Positions 1-7,820 are shown, counted from the stretch's first letter. The stretch: DNA of 17,493 bases from Oligoflexales bacterium (GCA_041736175.1 JBGSUI010000107.1:1-17493); one strand, 5' to 3'. Numbers and translations: made by a program. The notes: a model not told the origin generated them from the letters alone.

Positions 1-1
1 A

Positions 2-277
2 CTCAAAGAAGAACTAAAACGCAATCATGTAAGCATTTCAGTCAAAAAAATGGTAGATGAGCTGGCTTCTTTGACGCCGAATAAATCACATTTCTACGAA
101 ACTTCAGTGGAATCATGTCAAGCCCTAGCACTTATTGTAACTCGCGTAAGATCCAAAAAGCTGACGATCGAGATGGCGATGGAAGAAATCGAAGACATTG
201 CTGATATCTGGACTGCAGAGTTTGACGAATCTCTGCCCTTTGAGTCATCCCCATCGCGAGACGAAGAGTTTGATTGA
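2..277 (+). CDS. 3' part of a hypothetical protein (5'-truncated by the window edge), acidic C-terminus
   Basis: Frame 2 is open from base 2 (LKEELKRNHVSISVKK-MVDE...) to TGA at 275-277, so the ATG at 50 is probably internal. No recognisable motif. Confidence 0.6.
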   Translation, partial: LKEELKRNHVSISVKKMVDELASLTPNKSHFYETSVESCQALALIVTRVRSKKLTIEMAMEEIEDIADIWTAEFDESLPFESSPSRDEEFD

Positions 278-305
278 TCAATTATTTCAAATTGATAACC
301 ATTTT

Positions 306-389
306 TAATGGCCTATTAAATACAAAAACTTATGGCTTATTAAAAGCGTAAATCTATGGTCTAATAATAAGGTCTTATGGTCTGACCGG
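306..389 (+). repeat. Array of four imperfect direct repeats, consensus TTATGGYCTAWTAA; a fifth partial copy contains the Fic start codon
   Basis: ATGG cores at 308, 332, 356, 377 and 399 (spacings 24, 24, 21, 22): taATGGCCTATTAAA, ttATGGCTTATTAAA, ctATGGTCTAATAAT, ttATGGTCTGACC, ttATGGCCAAAAA. Confidence 0.75.
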
Positions 390-398
390 GAGATTATT

Positions 399-1994
399 AT
401 GGCCAAAAAAGCAAAGCCCTTAAACGAAAAAATTGCTCGCGCACTTTACGCAGCAAAAGCTGCCGGCGCAGGAGGCCATGTTTTCAAGCTCGGTGCACTG
501 GCACGAGTCGATCAGACCACATTAAAAAGGGGTGGATGGGTCTTTCCCATTTATGCTGGGTGGTACGCCCTACTTAATCCATCTAGCATCAAGACCGGAG
601 ATACTGTTGCTTATTTTAGTAACTACTGGGAATTCGTTCAGAAGTATCTGACCGAACTCTATGCCCGGGACTATGCTCTTTCGCCTGCTAATTCACTCCT
701 CTTGCAAACCGAGGATTTCTCGATTCCGAAGCAACTCTATGTGAATACAAACAGGAGTACTTATAACAAGGTGCCCCTGCTTTTTGACACTTCAATTTTT
801 ATTTCCAAAGGAATCGAGGACGAGATCTATACCGCTCAGGAAAAGGGTGGCCTGAGAATTTTAGGTCTAGAAGCTTGTTTGGCAGCCATGCCACCGCATT
901 TTTACCAGCAGTCCTCCGCCACGCTCGAAGCGGCTATTTTGTCGGTACGCAATATCCCCCTTTTGTCGCAGATTTTGACAGTCAAAAGGGAGCAGACCAC
1001 TGCTGGCCGTATCACAACCTGTTTTAGAAAAGTCGGAAGAGTCAAAGATGCCGTCATGATTGAGAGAGCTTTCGATGCTGCCGGTCTGGAAATCAAATCC
1101 GATGATCTTGATTCAACATTTAGTTCCCGACCTCTGGTCCGAAAGTCGGCGATCGGCGCCAGACTGTCTCATATGTGGTCGAAACACAGCCAGGAGCTGG
1201 ATCGACTGTTAGTTGCTTGGCCTGAAGCAGCCAGTCATAGGGACCAGTTTTATAAAAATCCTTTTGTTGACGCAGATCACAAGATGGCTGCCATCTACAA
1301 CAGTGATGCTTACCATTCTCTTTCCATCGAAGGCTATAGCGTCACAGATGAGCTAATCACCAGAATTGCCAGAGGTGAATTTGATCCTCTAAACAATCCT
1401 AATGACCGACTTGAAGCCGACGGTATGATCGCTTTGGGTTATCACGATGCTTTTCTTTTAGTCAAAGAAAGCCTCAGAAAAATCCATGCTGGGGGCGATC
1501 CAAATCAAATAGTATTTGAAGATCTTGCTGCCTGGCATCTCGCACTTTTTAAACACAATATCCAGGCTTATGGTGCTTCAATAGCTTCTGTTATTGGCTA
1601 TAGAAATTCCCCAGTCTATATCCGAGATTCTCAACACGTTCCACCCTCACACCATAGCCTTATGGATGCCATGGAAAGTTTTCAGGAGCTCTATGCAACG
1701 GAAACCCACCCCTTCAAAAGAGCAGTGCTCTCCCATCATGCCCAAGTCTATATTCATCCTTATGTGGATGGAAACGGTCGGACAGCACGGTTTCTCTTAA
1801 ATGTCGCACTGGTAGCTGGTGGATTGCCTTGGACCGTGATCCCCCGAGACAAGAAACTAGAGTATTTTGCAGTTTTAGAAGCCGCACATACCGGTGGTGG
1901 TATCGAAAAATTTGCTCGGTTTATCTATCATCTTTTGATTGGTTCCAAAGTCGTTTCAGATCATCCCAGATTGGTGAGCCCTATATGTCAATAA
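399..1994 (+). CDS. Fic-domain protein (class II, autoinhibited AMPylase type) with an N-terminal wHTH/AbiEi-like region
   Basis: Fic motif HPYVDGNGRTAR (1755-1790). Inhibitory (S/T)xxxE(G/N) motif SLSIEG (1317-1334) lies N-terminal to it. SD GGGAG at 388-392. N-terminal LKRGGWVFPIYAGWY, YALSPANSL..IPKQLYVNT and GLRILGLEACL resemble AbiEi motifs. Confidence 0.9.
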   Translation: MAKKAKPLNEKIARALYAAKAAGAGGHVFKLGALARVDQTTLKRGGWVFPIYAGWYALLNPSSIKTGDTVAYFSNYWEFVQKYLTELYARDYALSPANSLLLQTEDFSIPKQLYVNTNRSTYNKVPLLFDTSIFISKGIEDEIYTAQEKGGLRILGLEACLAAMPPHFYQQSSATLEAAILSVRNIPLLSQILTVKREQTTAGRITTCFRKVGRVKDAVMIERAFDAAGLEIKSDDLDSTFSSRPLVRKSAIGARLSHMWSKHSQELDRLLVAWPEAASHRDQFYKNPFVDADHKMAAIYNSDAYHSLSIEGYSVTDELITRIARGEFDPLNNPNDRLEADGMIALGYHDAFLLVKESLRKIHAGGDPNQIVFEDLAAWHLALFKHNIQAYGASIASVIGYRNSPVYIRDSQHVPPSHHSLMDAMESFQELYATETHPFKRAVLSHHAQVYIHPYVDGNGRTARFLLNVALVAGGLPWTVIPRDKKLEYFAVLEAAHTGGGIEKFARFIYHLLIGSKVVSDHPRLVSPICQ

Positions 1995-3424
1995 ACCGCC
2001 GCCGGATCAGTGTTGCGGTCGCTTCTGGTTTGCTCCTAGAGGTGATCAACAAAATATCTCCCTTGCTGATCTTATATCATGTCCAAAAAACCCTTGGTTT
2101 GGCGGGTTTTGGATGGGCCCAATACCAGATCGCACTCTTTGAATCGATTCAGCCCTTTATTTCCTATGGATTTATCAATTATGCCATAGCCCAAGCTGGC
2201 CCCCAAAAAGATGTGCGCCAAGCTGCCGGTGATCTTTATTCCCATATTTTTGTCCTTAAAGTCGTCAACTCCCTCTTGGTCTTACTGGCTTTTGGGTGGT
2301 CCATGCATGCCACCTTTGTGCAAGGGGAGGGGTGGTATTCCCTGGGGCTTTTGGGCACCGTTCTCCTGGCGGGGATTTTGGATGCCTATTGGATTTTTAT
2401 TGTCCAACACCGCTTGGCAGCGGTGACCCTCCTAAGCGGTCTGCTGCGCCTGATGTCGCTGGCGCTTATTTTGCTTGTGATCAAAGATCCCCAAGATAGC
2501 CATTTGTTTGTTGTGTTTTCTCTGATGCCAAATCTCATCTTAGCTGCTGGCAGCGGAGTCTATGGGTTCTTACGTCTGCCCTTTGTGGCGATTATACCTA
2601 AAAAGCTGGTGGAGATCTTTAAGGTCTCGACACCCTTTGCCTTGGTGATGGTTGCTATGACCCTCTTTGATCGAATGGATATCTTTTTAGTCAGCCGTTG
2701 GTTTGGTCTTGAAACCGCAGGTCTCTATGCCGGTCCAGCCAAACTGATCCAGAGTTTAGCTCTCCTGGTAGGCTCGATGAGTGTGCCTTTTTATGCAGAG
2801 ATCGTTAAATTAGATGATCGAGACTTGATTTATAAACATATCTCCATGAGCTTATGGCTCCTTATGGCCATCGTTGCACCGATCGTCTTCGGGAGTTATT
2901 TTGTCGAAAAGGATCTGCTTCATCTGGTTTTCCCCAGTCTCCCGGAATCAGCAAACCATATCATGACGATCCTAGCGGTCGGAATGATCGGGTCTGTCTT
3001 GGTAGCGACTTTTGGACTCCAAGTACTCCTTTCCAAGTCCCATCCCCTGGCGGTTTTCAAATCTATTGTGGTCGCTATGATCCTGGTGATGAGCCTCCCA
3101 TGGGCCCTTAAATCGCTCCTAGGGTTTAAAGCGGTCGCCTACGGGATGGTCCTGGGCAGGCTGGCTATGGGTTTTAGTTGTTTTTACTTTGCCATGGTTT
3201 ATCTGCCTAAGGCCCCGTGGGCTGCTTTTTGGAAACCCCTAGGTGCCGGTGCCGTGATGGGGTGTCTTTTAAAAATCTTCAACCTACAACTCCTCCTCCA
3301 CCAAGTCCTGGTGGGGGGTGTGGTCTATGTGGGGTGTTTGGTATCGATGAATTATCGAGAGATAGCGGTTTTCAAAGAACATCCCAAGGTGGTTTCTCTT
3401 TTGAAAAGATTTAATCGTAAATAG
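1985..3424 (+). CDS. Wzx-like oligosaccharide flippase / polysaccharide biosynthesis protein (MOP superfamily)
   Basis: About 479 aa with many hydrophobic segments and typical motifs LGLAGFG, DRMDIFLVSRWFG and AGLY. ATG 1985 (MSINRRR), preceded by GGTGAG, is preferred over the TTG at 1829. Overlaps the Fic gene end by 10 nt. Confidence 0.85.
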   Translation: MSINRRRISVAVASGLLLEVINKISPLLILYHVQKTLGLAGFGWAQYQIALFESIQPFISYGFINYAIAQAGPQKDVRQAAGDLYSHIFVLKVVNSLLVLLAFGWSMHATFVQGEGWYSLGLLGTVLLAGILDAYWIFIVQHRLAAVTLLSGLLRLMSLALILLVIKDPQDSHLFVVFSLMPNLILAAGSGVYGFLRLPFVAIIPKKLVEIFKVSTPFALVMVAMTLFDRMDIFLVSRWFGLETAGLYAGPAKLIQSLALLVGSMSVPFYAEIVKLDDRDLIYKHISMSLWLLMAIVAPIVFGSYFVEKDLLHLVFPSLPESANHIMTILAVGMIGSVLVATFGLQVLLSKSHPLAVFKSIVVAMILVMSLPWALKSLLGFKAVAYGMVLGRLAMGFSCFYFAMVYLPKAPWAAFWKPLGAGAVMGCLLKIFNLQLLLHQVLVGGVVYVGCLVSMNYREIAVFKEHPKVVSLLKRFNRK

Positions 3425-3457
3425 TTTTTTCACACCTAATCTAAGCATGGTGATCTT

Positions 3458-4627
3458 GTGAAACTCAGAGTCCTAACTCTCTCAAAACCCTATGTGGCAG
3501 CCGCCTATCGTGACAAAATCAGGTTGATGGCACAAGATCCGCGGTTTGAGATAGGATTGGTATGTCCTCCCCAGTGGGCCGGCCAAGATTTTGAAACCAG
3601 TGATACCTTGGGTCTTGATCCTTTTTTTTGTGCCCAGGTGCCCATCAGATTTAACGGCAAAAATCACTTTCATTATTATCGTGGTTTAGAGAATGTTATC
3701 AGAGAATTTAAACCCCATGTCTTTAATGTTGAAGAAGAACACTACTCTATCGTCACCTGGCAGGCTTACCGACTGGCGCTAAAATATGCAGCTCGACCGA
3801 TGTTTTACACCTGGCAAAATATCTACAAAAAATATCCAGCTCCCTTTCGCGCTATCGAACAATTTGTGTTTAAGCATTCCCTCGCGGCGGTGGTGGGTAA
3901 TGGTGAAGCGGGAGAAATCCTGCGTCGTAAAGGCTACCAGGGTCCTCTCGAATGTCTGCCGCAGATGGGGGTCAACGAAAATCTCTTTCCCGTCCGCTAC
4001 CGTAGTCGGGATGAAAAAGACGCTCTTAAAATGTCCCTTGGACTAAACCCGACTCTCCCATGGGTGCTTTATTGCGGTCGTTTGGTCGAAGAAAAAGGCA
4101 TTACGACTCTTATTGAAGCCGTGGCCCGCTTGTCTCACAAAGGTCAAACGATCGGTGTGGTTATTTTAGGAAATGGCCCCGAAGCCGCGACTCTACAAAC
4201 CGTAGCACAAAAACTCCCGGCAGCCGTAGATATAAAGTTTGTTTCTGGGGTCCCTTCCGACCAAGTCCCCACTTGGATGGGAGCCGCCGATATATTGTGT
4301 TTACCTTCTCTGACCCGCAGCCACTGGAAGGAGCAGTTTGGGAGAGTCCTCGTCGAAGCTATGGCCAGTAGCACGGTGGTGGTGGGATCAAGCTCGGGAG
4401 AAATCCCCCAGGTCATTGGTGACGCTGGTTTGATCTTTCCCGAAAACGATCCCCACCAACTCAGCGACTGTCTGGAGGTGCTCACCACACAACCTCAGCT
4501 TTATGAATCCATGAAGACCAAGGGACTGGAACGGGTCAAAGCCCACTATACCAACCAGGTGATCGCCGGCCGCCTGTGCGATCTTATTTGGGATCAGTAC
4601 CGTCTTTTAAATCTTTTCATTGGGTAG
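3458..4627 (+). CDS. Glycosyltransferase family 4 (GT-B fold)
   Basis: YCGRLVEEKG, LGNGP, ADILCLPS, EQFGRVLVEAMA (E-x7-E motif) and GEIPQVIGDAG. Confidence 0.93.
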   Translation: MKLRVLTLSKPYVAAAYRDKIRLMAQDPRFEIGLVCPPQWAGQDFETSDTLGLDPFFCAQVPIRFNGKNHFHYYRGLENVIREFKPHVFNVEEEHYSIVTWQAYRLALKYAARPMFYTWQNIYKKYPAPFRAIEQFVFKHSLAAVVGNGEAGEILRRKGYQGPLECLPQMGVNENLFPVRYRSRDEKDALKMSLGLNPTLPWVLYCGRLVEEKGITTLIEAVARLSHKGQTIGVVILGNGPEAATLQTVAQKLPAAVDIKFVSGVPSDQVPTWMGAADILCLPSLTRSHWKEQFGRVLVEAMASSTVVVGSSSGEIPQVIGDAGLIFPENDPHQLSDCLEVLTTQPQLYESMKTKGLERVKAHYTNQVIAGRLCDLIWDQYRLLNLFIG

Positions 4628-4705
4628 TCGCCTGCTCAGGCCCATACCGGGGGCCATTGGCCAGAATCGTGATCGTACATCCAATTCTTTGACTTTGGAT
4701 TTACA

Positions 4706-4752
4706 GTTGTATTTTTAAAATCATAAATATAAATTATGGTTGTATTTTTAAA
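4706..4752 (+). promoter_or_regulatory. Perfect 14-bp direct repeat pair (GTTGTATTTTTAAA) overlapping a candidate sigma70 promoter of the ATPase gene
   Basis: Copies at 4706-4719 and 4739-4752 (33-bp period). Candidate -35 TTGTAT (4707-4712), 17-bp spacer, -10 TAAATT (4730-4735). Confidence 0.55.
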
Positions 4753-4773
4753 GTGGGCAAAGGGGGTGGTGAG

Positions 4774-6105
4774 ATGGTCGATATTAAAAGAGATATAGAA
4801 TCAGATCTTTATGCGTGGAAGACCAAAAGTCAGCGGAAACCCCTGATCGTCCGGGGAGCACGGCAGGTTGGCAAATCCACCACCATAGCGACCTTCGGCA
4901 AACTTCATTTTGAAAGTGTAGTCACCATAAACTTTGAAAAGCGCCCAGACTATGCTGACAGCTTCCTTGCGGATTTGGAGCCATCTAGAATCATCGCTGA
5001 GCTTGAAGTAAAATCGCGCAGCAAAATTGTCCCGGGTAAAACCTTGCTGTTTTTAGACGAAATTCAGGAGTGTCCCGAAGCTATTGCCGCATTGCGCTAT
5101 TTTTACGAAGAGCTGCCCGCTCTCCATGTCATTGCTGCTGGGAGCCTGCTCGAATTTGCTTTTGAAACGATCTCGGTTCCAGTTGGTCGGGTGGAGTTCA
5201 CCTGGATGTACCCGCTGAGTTTCACTGAATTTCTTAAAGCAACCTCCCGTGAGGCACTCGTTGAAATGATCCCCCAATTTGAATATGGAAAAGACCTGGA
5301 TTGGAACCTACCTGAATCAATGACAGCTGAAATTTATAAGGCTATGGATGAATACTTTATCGTAGGTGGGATGCCTGAGGTTGTTAAAACCTATGTTCAA
5401 ACCAAGTCTTACATCGAAGTGGATGAAACCCTCGATAATATAGTGTCTACATTTCTTGTTGACACCAACAAATATGCTAAAGGAGAAAAACAAATAGCCA
5501 ATCTTTCATCCGTCCTAAGGCGTATATATCGATTTGTGGGACAAGAGATTACCTATACAACGCTGGGTGCGGGAGATAATCCACAGCGAACGGCCGCTTC
5601 CCTTAAACTTTTGGAACGGGCGATGTTATGCCATATTGTCCGATCAACGACTCCATCTTCTCTCCCATTAGCTGGAGGAGCGAGTGAAAAGCATTTTAAA
5701 TGCATTCTTATTGATGTGGGATTTGCACGCAGACTGGCAGGTCTTGACGCTAAAGATCTATTGGAATCCAGCGATCTTTTGACCATCCACGAAGGTCGAG
5801 CGGCAGAACAATTCGTTGGCCAAAACCTCATTGCAGAATCAAAAAAAGGCTCTGAAGGGGGCAAACTCTATTGTTGGATCAGACCTCAAAAAAGTGCTAA
5901 AGCTGAAGTAGATTATTTGATTTCCCGTCAAGGCCAAATTGTACCTCTAGAAGTAAAAAGCGGTTCAACTGGGCGCCTAAAAAGTCTTCGAGTGCTTCTT
6001 GAAGAATATCCAAATATTTCTAGTGGTGTATGTCTCAAACAAACCACAAAGCCCATTTGGAACGACGCAATCTTATCTGCGCCTCTGTTTACCAGATTTC
6101 CATGA
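4774..6105 (+). CDS. AAA_14 family ATPase with C-terminal DUF4143 (PD-(D/E)XK-like) domain
   Basis: Walker A GARQVGKS, Walker B LLFLDEIQ, AAGS, PVGRVE..MYPLSFTEF, GGMPEVV, and C-terminal EVDYL...PLEVKSG. ATG 4774 follows AGGGGGTG; the track uses GTG 4753. Confidence 0.9.
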   Translation: MVDIKRDIESDLYAWKTKSQRKPLIVRGARQVGKSTTIATFGKLHFESVVTINFEKRPDYADSFLADLEPSRIIAELEVKSRSKIVPGKTLLFLDEIQECPEAIAALRYFYEELPALHVIAAGSLLEFAFETISVPVGRVEFTWMYPLSFTEFLKATSREALVEMIPQFEYGKDLDWNLPESMTAEIYKAMDEYFIVGGMPEVVKTYVQTKSYIEVDETLDNIVSTFLVDTNKYAKGEKQIANLSSVLRRIYRFVGQEITYTTLGAGDNPQRTAASLKLLERAMLCHIVRSTTPSSLPLAGGASEKHFKCILIDVGFARRLAGLDAKDLLESSDLLTIHEGRAAEQFVGQNLIAESKKGSEGGKLYCWIRPQKSAKAEVDYLISRQGQIVPLEVKSGSTGRLKSLRVLLEEYPNISSGVCLKQTTKPIWNDAILSAPLFTRFP

Positions 6106-6142
6106 TAGTCTGATCTCACTCCATGTTTGAGGCTGACTCAGT

Positions 6143-6676
6143 TTAATTTCCCATTCCACTTGACCCAGCACCGCCACCTCCAAATTGGTTTTTACAGGCT
6201 GCCCAGGCCGCTTCCATGGTCAAGGGGCTTCGATTGCGAAGCCGTGCCTGTCTTTGGGCCTGGGTTTCTGGAATAGGGTTGCCCAGGGAATCATATTGGA
6301 TACCAGTATCCACTTGATAGATGCTACATTCGCCAGGATTTGCCGGCAGGGGAGTGTCGTCAAATGCTCCGCCCTGGGTGTAGCCAAAAGCACCTACGGG
6401 ACCAGCCTGACTCGGTGCTGGGGCCGCTACAGGCGCAGGTGCGACAGCAGGGGGTGCAGGAGTGGTTGCAGGTGGGGGAGGCTGGGGAGCCTGCCAGCAG
6501 GAATGTGGTTGTCCATAGGGGTCGGTACCGCACCCTTGGCCAAATCCATCGGTGTTTTGTACCTCGCTTTCGCCGCTAGACTCTGAGGATTGACCACAGC
6601 TCCACAACATAAGGGTCGTTCCTGCAACACACAAAAAGCGGCTCAAAATGATGGTTCGGGAAGCAGTCTTTTTCAT
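6143..6676 (-). CDS. Hypothetical Pro/Ala-rich lipoprotein
   Basis: MKK n-region, lipobox-like LWSC (Cys27), Ser-rich tether, PQPPPPATTPAPPAVAPAP linker, four further Cys. SD AGGAG 6 nt upstream of the ATG. Confidence 0.75.
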   Translation of the reverse strand: MKKTASRTIILSRFLCVAGTTLMLWSCGQSSESSGESEVQNTDGFGQGCGTDPYGQPHSCWQAPQPPPPATTPAPPAVAPAPVAAPAPSQAGPVGAFGYTQGGAFDDTPLPANPGECSIYQVDTGIQYDSLGNPIPETQAQRQARLRNRSPLTMEAAWAACKNQFGGGGAGSSGMGN

Positions 6677-6731
6677 AGAAAACTCCTGTTTTGTATTGAT
6701 CTTGGTTTAAATGATGGTTCTTAGATTTGGA

Positions 6732-6747
6732 AGCAAAGTTTGTTCCA
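6732..6747 (-). promoter_or_regulatory. sigma54 (-24/-12) promoter motif for the 6143-6676 gene
   Basis: Minus strand reads TGGAACAAACTTTGCT: GG-N10-GC spacing with TTGCT, 55 nt upstream of the ATG. Confidence 0.7.
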
Positions 6748-6902
6748 CAGGCACCACCTTTAAATCCTTGCGTATTTTCTATGATCAACTGATAAAAGAC
6801 TAAACACCTAAATGAGAAAATAAGTGCATAGGGCCCGATTGAACTCTTAAAGACCAAAATATTTTCGGCAGGATCCGAGTTTATTTGTCTAAAGGGTATC
6901 CA

Positions 6903-6948
6903 GTGGCTACTTAATGTCAACCAGGTGGCTACTAGCCACCTTAGGTGG
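6903..6948. repeat. Cluster of overlapping palindromes and direct repeats between the two lipoprotein genes
   Basis: AGGTGGCTA-C-TAGCCACCT (6923-6941); CCACCT-T-AGGTGG (6936-6948); GTGGCTACT at 6903 and 6925. Confidence 0.65.
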
Positions 6949-6963
6949 GACCACTACCGGCAC

Positions 6964-7749
6964 TTAGAGGTTCGGTAGACCTTGACCCTGTAATTTAATG
7001 ACATCAGCACAGGTGCTACCGTCGGCGATCTTAATCATCGTAAACGGGCTTTCTTGTTTGAGGGTGGTGATGGATGGACTTACGGCGGTGAAGAGAGAGT
7101 TGCTGGCGCCGAGGGTTTTTTGCTCGATATTCCAGTCGATCAGGCCGGTGATCTTGCCCTGGCCATCGTAGGTTCCCGACTCACTCCAGATGGTTCGTTG
7201 CACCACATAGACTTGGGCCTTGATGGTAAAGACCACCCGAGCGGAGACATCCACACTCACTCCAGGGTTGCCATCGTTGTCTTGGTCGACCACTTCTGCC
7301 CCTGAAGTTGGTAGGGGGTCTGTGGCTTTGTTCGTTAGCTTCAATCCCAGCAATTCCACGGCGTTTGGCATGGTGAAGGCACCGTTGCTTTGGAGGTCAA
7401 AGCTATAGGTGTTAGGAGCCACAGAGTCGATCAGCTTTTGGGAAAAACTGAGGGACGATCCCCCCGTTGAGGCGGATTTGATGTCACAGGTTTGTTCAGA
7501 TGCCACCATTTTGCCACCGACCTTTTCGGTCTTTATAAGGACGTAACGGGCGACTCTAGACTTGGAATTGATTCCAAGTGCGCTGGAGTTAGAGGTAAAC
7601 ATAGCCATTTTAGCCCAGGTGCCTACTAAACTGGCACCTGAAGACTCGCTGAGCGAGCTGTTGGCACCCTCTGGACTGGTGGCGCATCCAGAGATTACAG
7701 CGAAAATCCCTGTAAAGAGTGATGATTTTGAAACAATTCCGAAGGTCAT
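6964..7749 (-). CDS. Hypothetical beta-rich lipoprotein with a DxDxDG motif
   Basis: ATG 7749 has SD GGGAG 6 nt upstream (the track uses 7764). Lipobox ISGC (Cys22), Ser-rich tether, LVGTWA, DQDNDGNPG, two further Cys. Confidence 0.8.
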   Translation of the reverse strand: MTFGIVSKSSLFTGIFAVISGCATSPEGANSSLSESSGASLVGTWAKMAMFTSNSSALGINSKSRVARYVLIKTEKVGGKMVASEQTCDIKSASTGGSSLSFSQKLIDSVAPNTYSFDLQSNGAFTMPNAVELLGLKLTNKATDPLPTSGAEVVDQDNDGNPGVSVDVSARVVFTIKAQVYVVQRTIWSESGTYDGQGKITGLIDWNIEQKTLGASNSLFTAVSPSITTLKQESPFTMIKIADGSTCADVIKLQGQGLPNL

Positions 7750-7804
7750 AAAAGGCTCCCGCATACAAGTGGTAAATCAGACCCTATGGTCACGGGAAAC
7801 CCCT

Positions 7805-7820
7805 AGCAAATTCAGGTCCA
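7805..7820 (-). promoter_or_regulatory. sigma54 (-24/-12) promoter motif for the 6964-7749 gene
   Basis: Minus strand reads TGGACCTGAATTTGCT: GG-N10-GC with TTGCT, 55 nt upstream of ATG 7749. Confidence 0.7.

Noticed and set aside
306..411. Repeat array as a degenerate CRISPR
   Set aside because: Repeats are only about 14 bp with about 10-bp gaps, far too short for spacers, and no cas genes are present.
1829..1984. 52-codon N-terminal extension of the flippase ORF from TTG 1829
   Set aside because: It lies inside the Fic coding region, is not flippase-like, and ATG 1985 has a better ribosome-binding context.
6576..6920. 114-aa minus-strand ORF between the lipoprotein genes, and 6185..6586 on plus
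   Set aside because: They overlap a better-supported gene and its sigma54 promoter, have no motif, and use weak starts.
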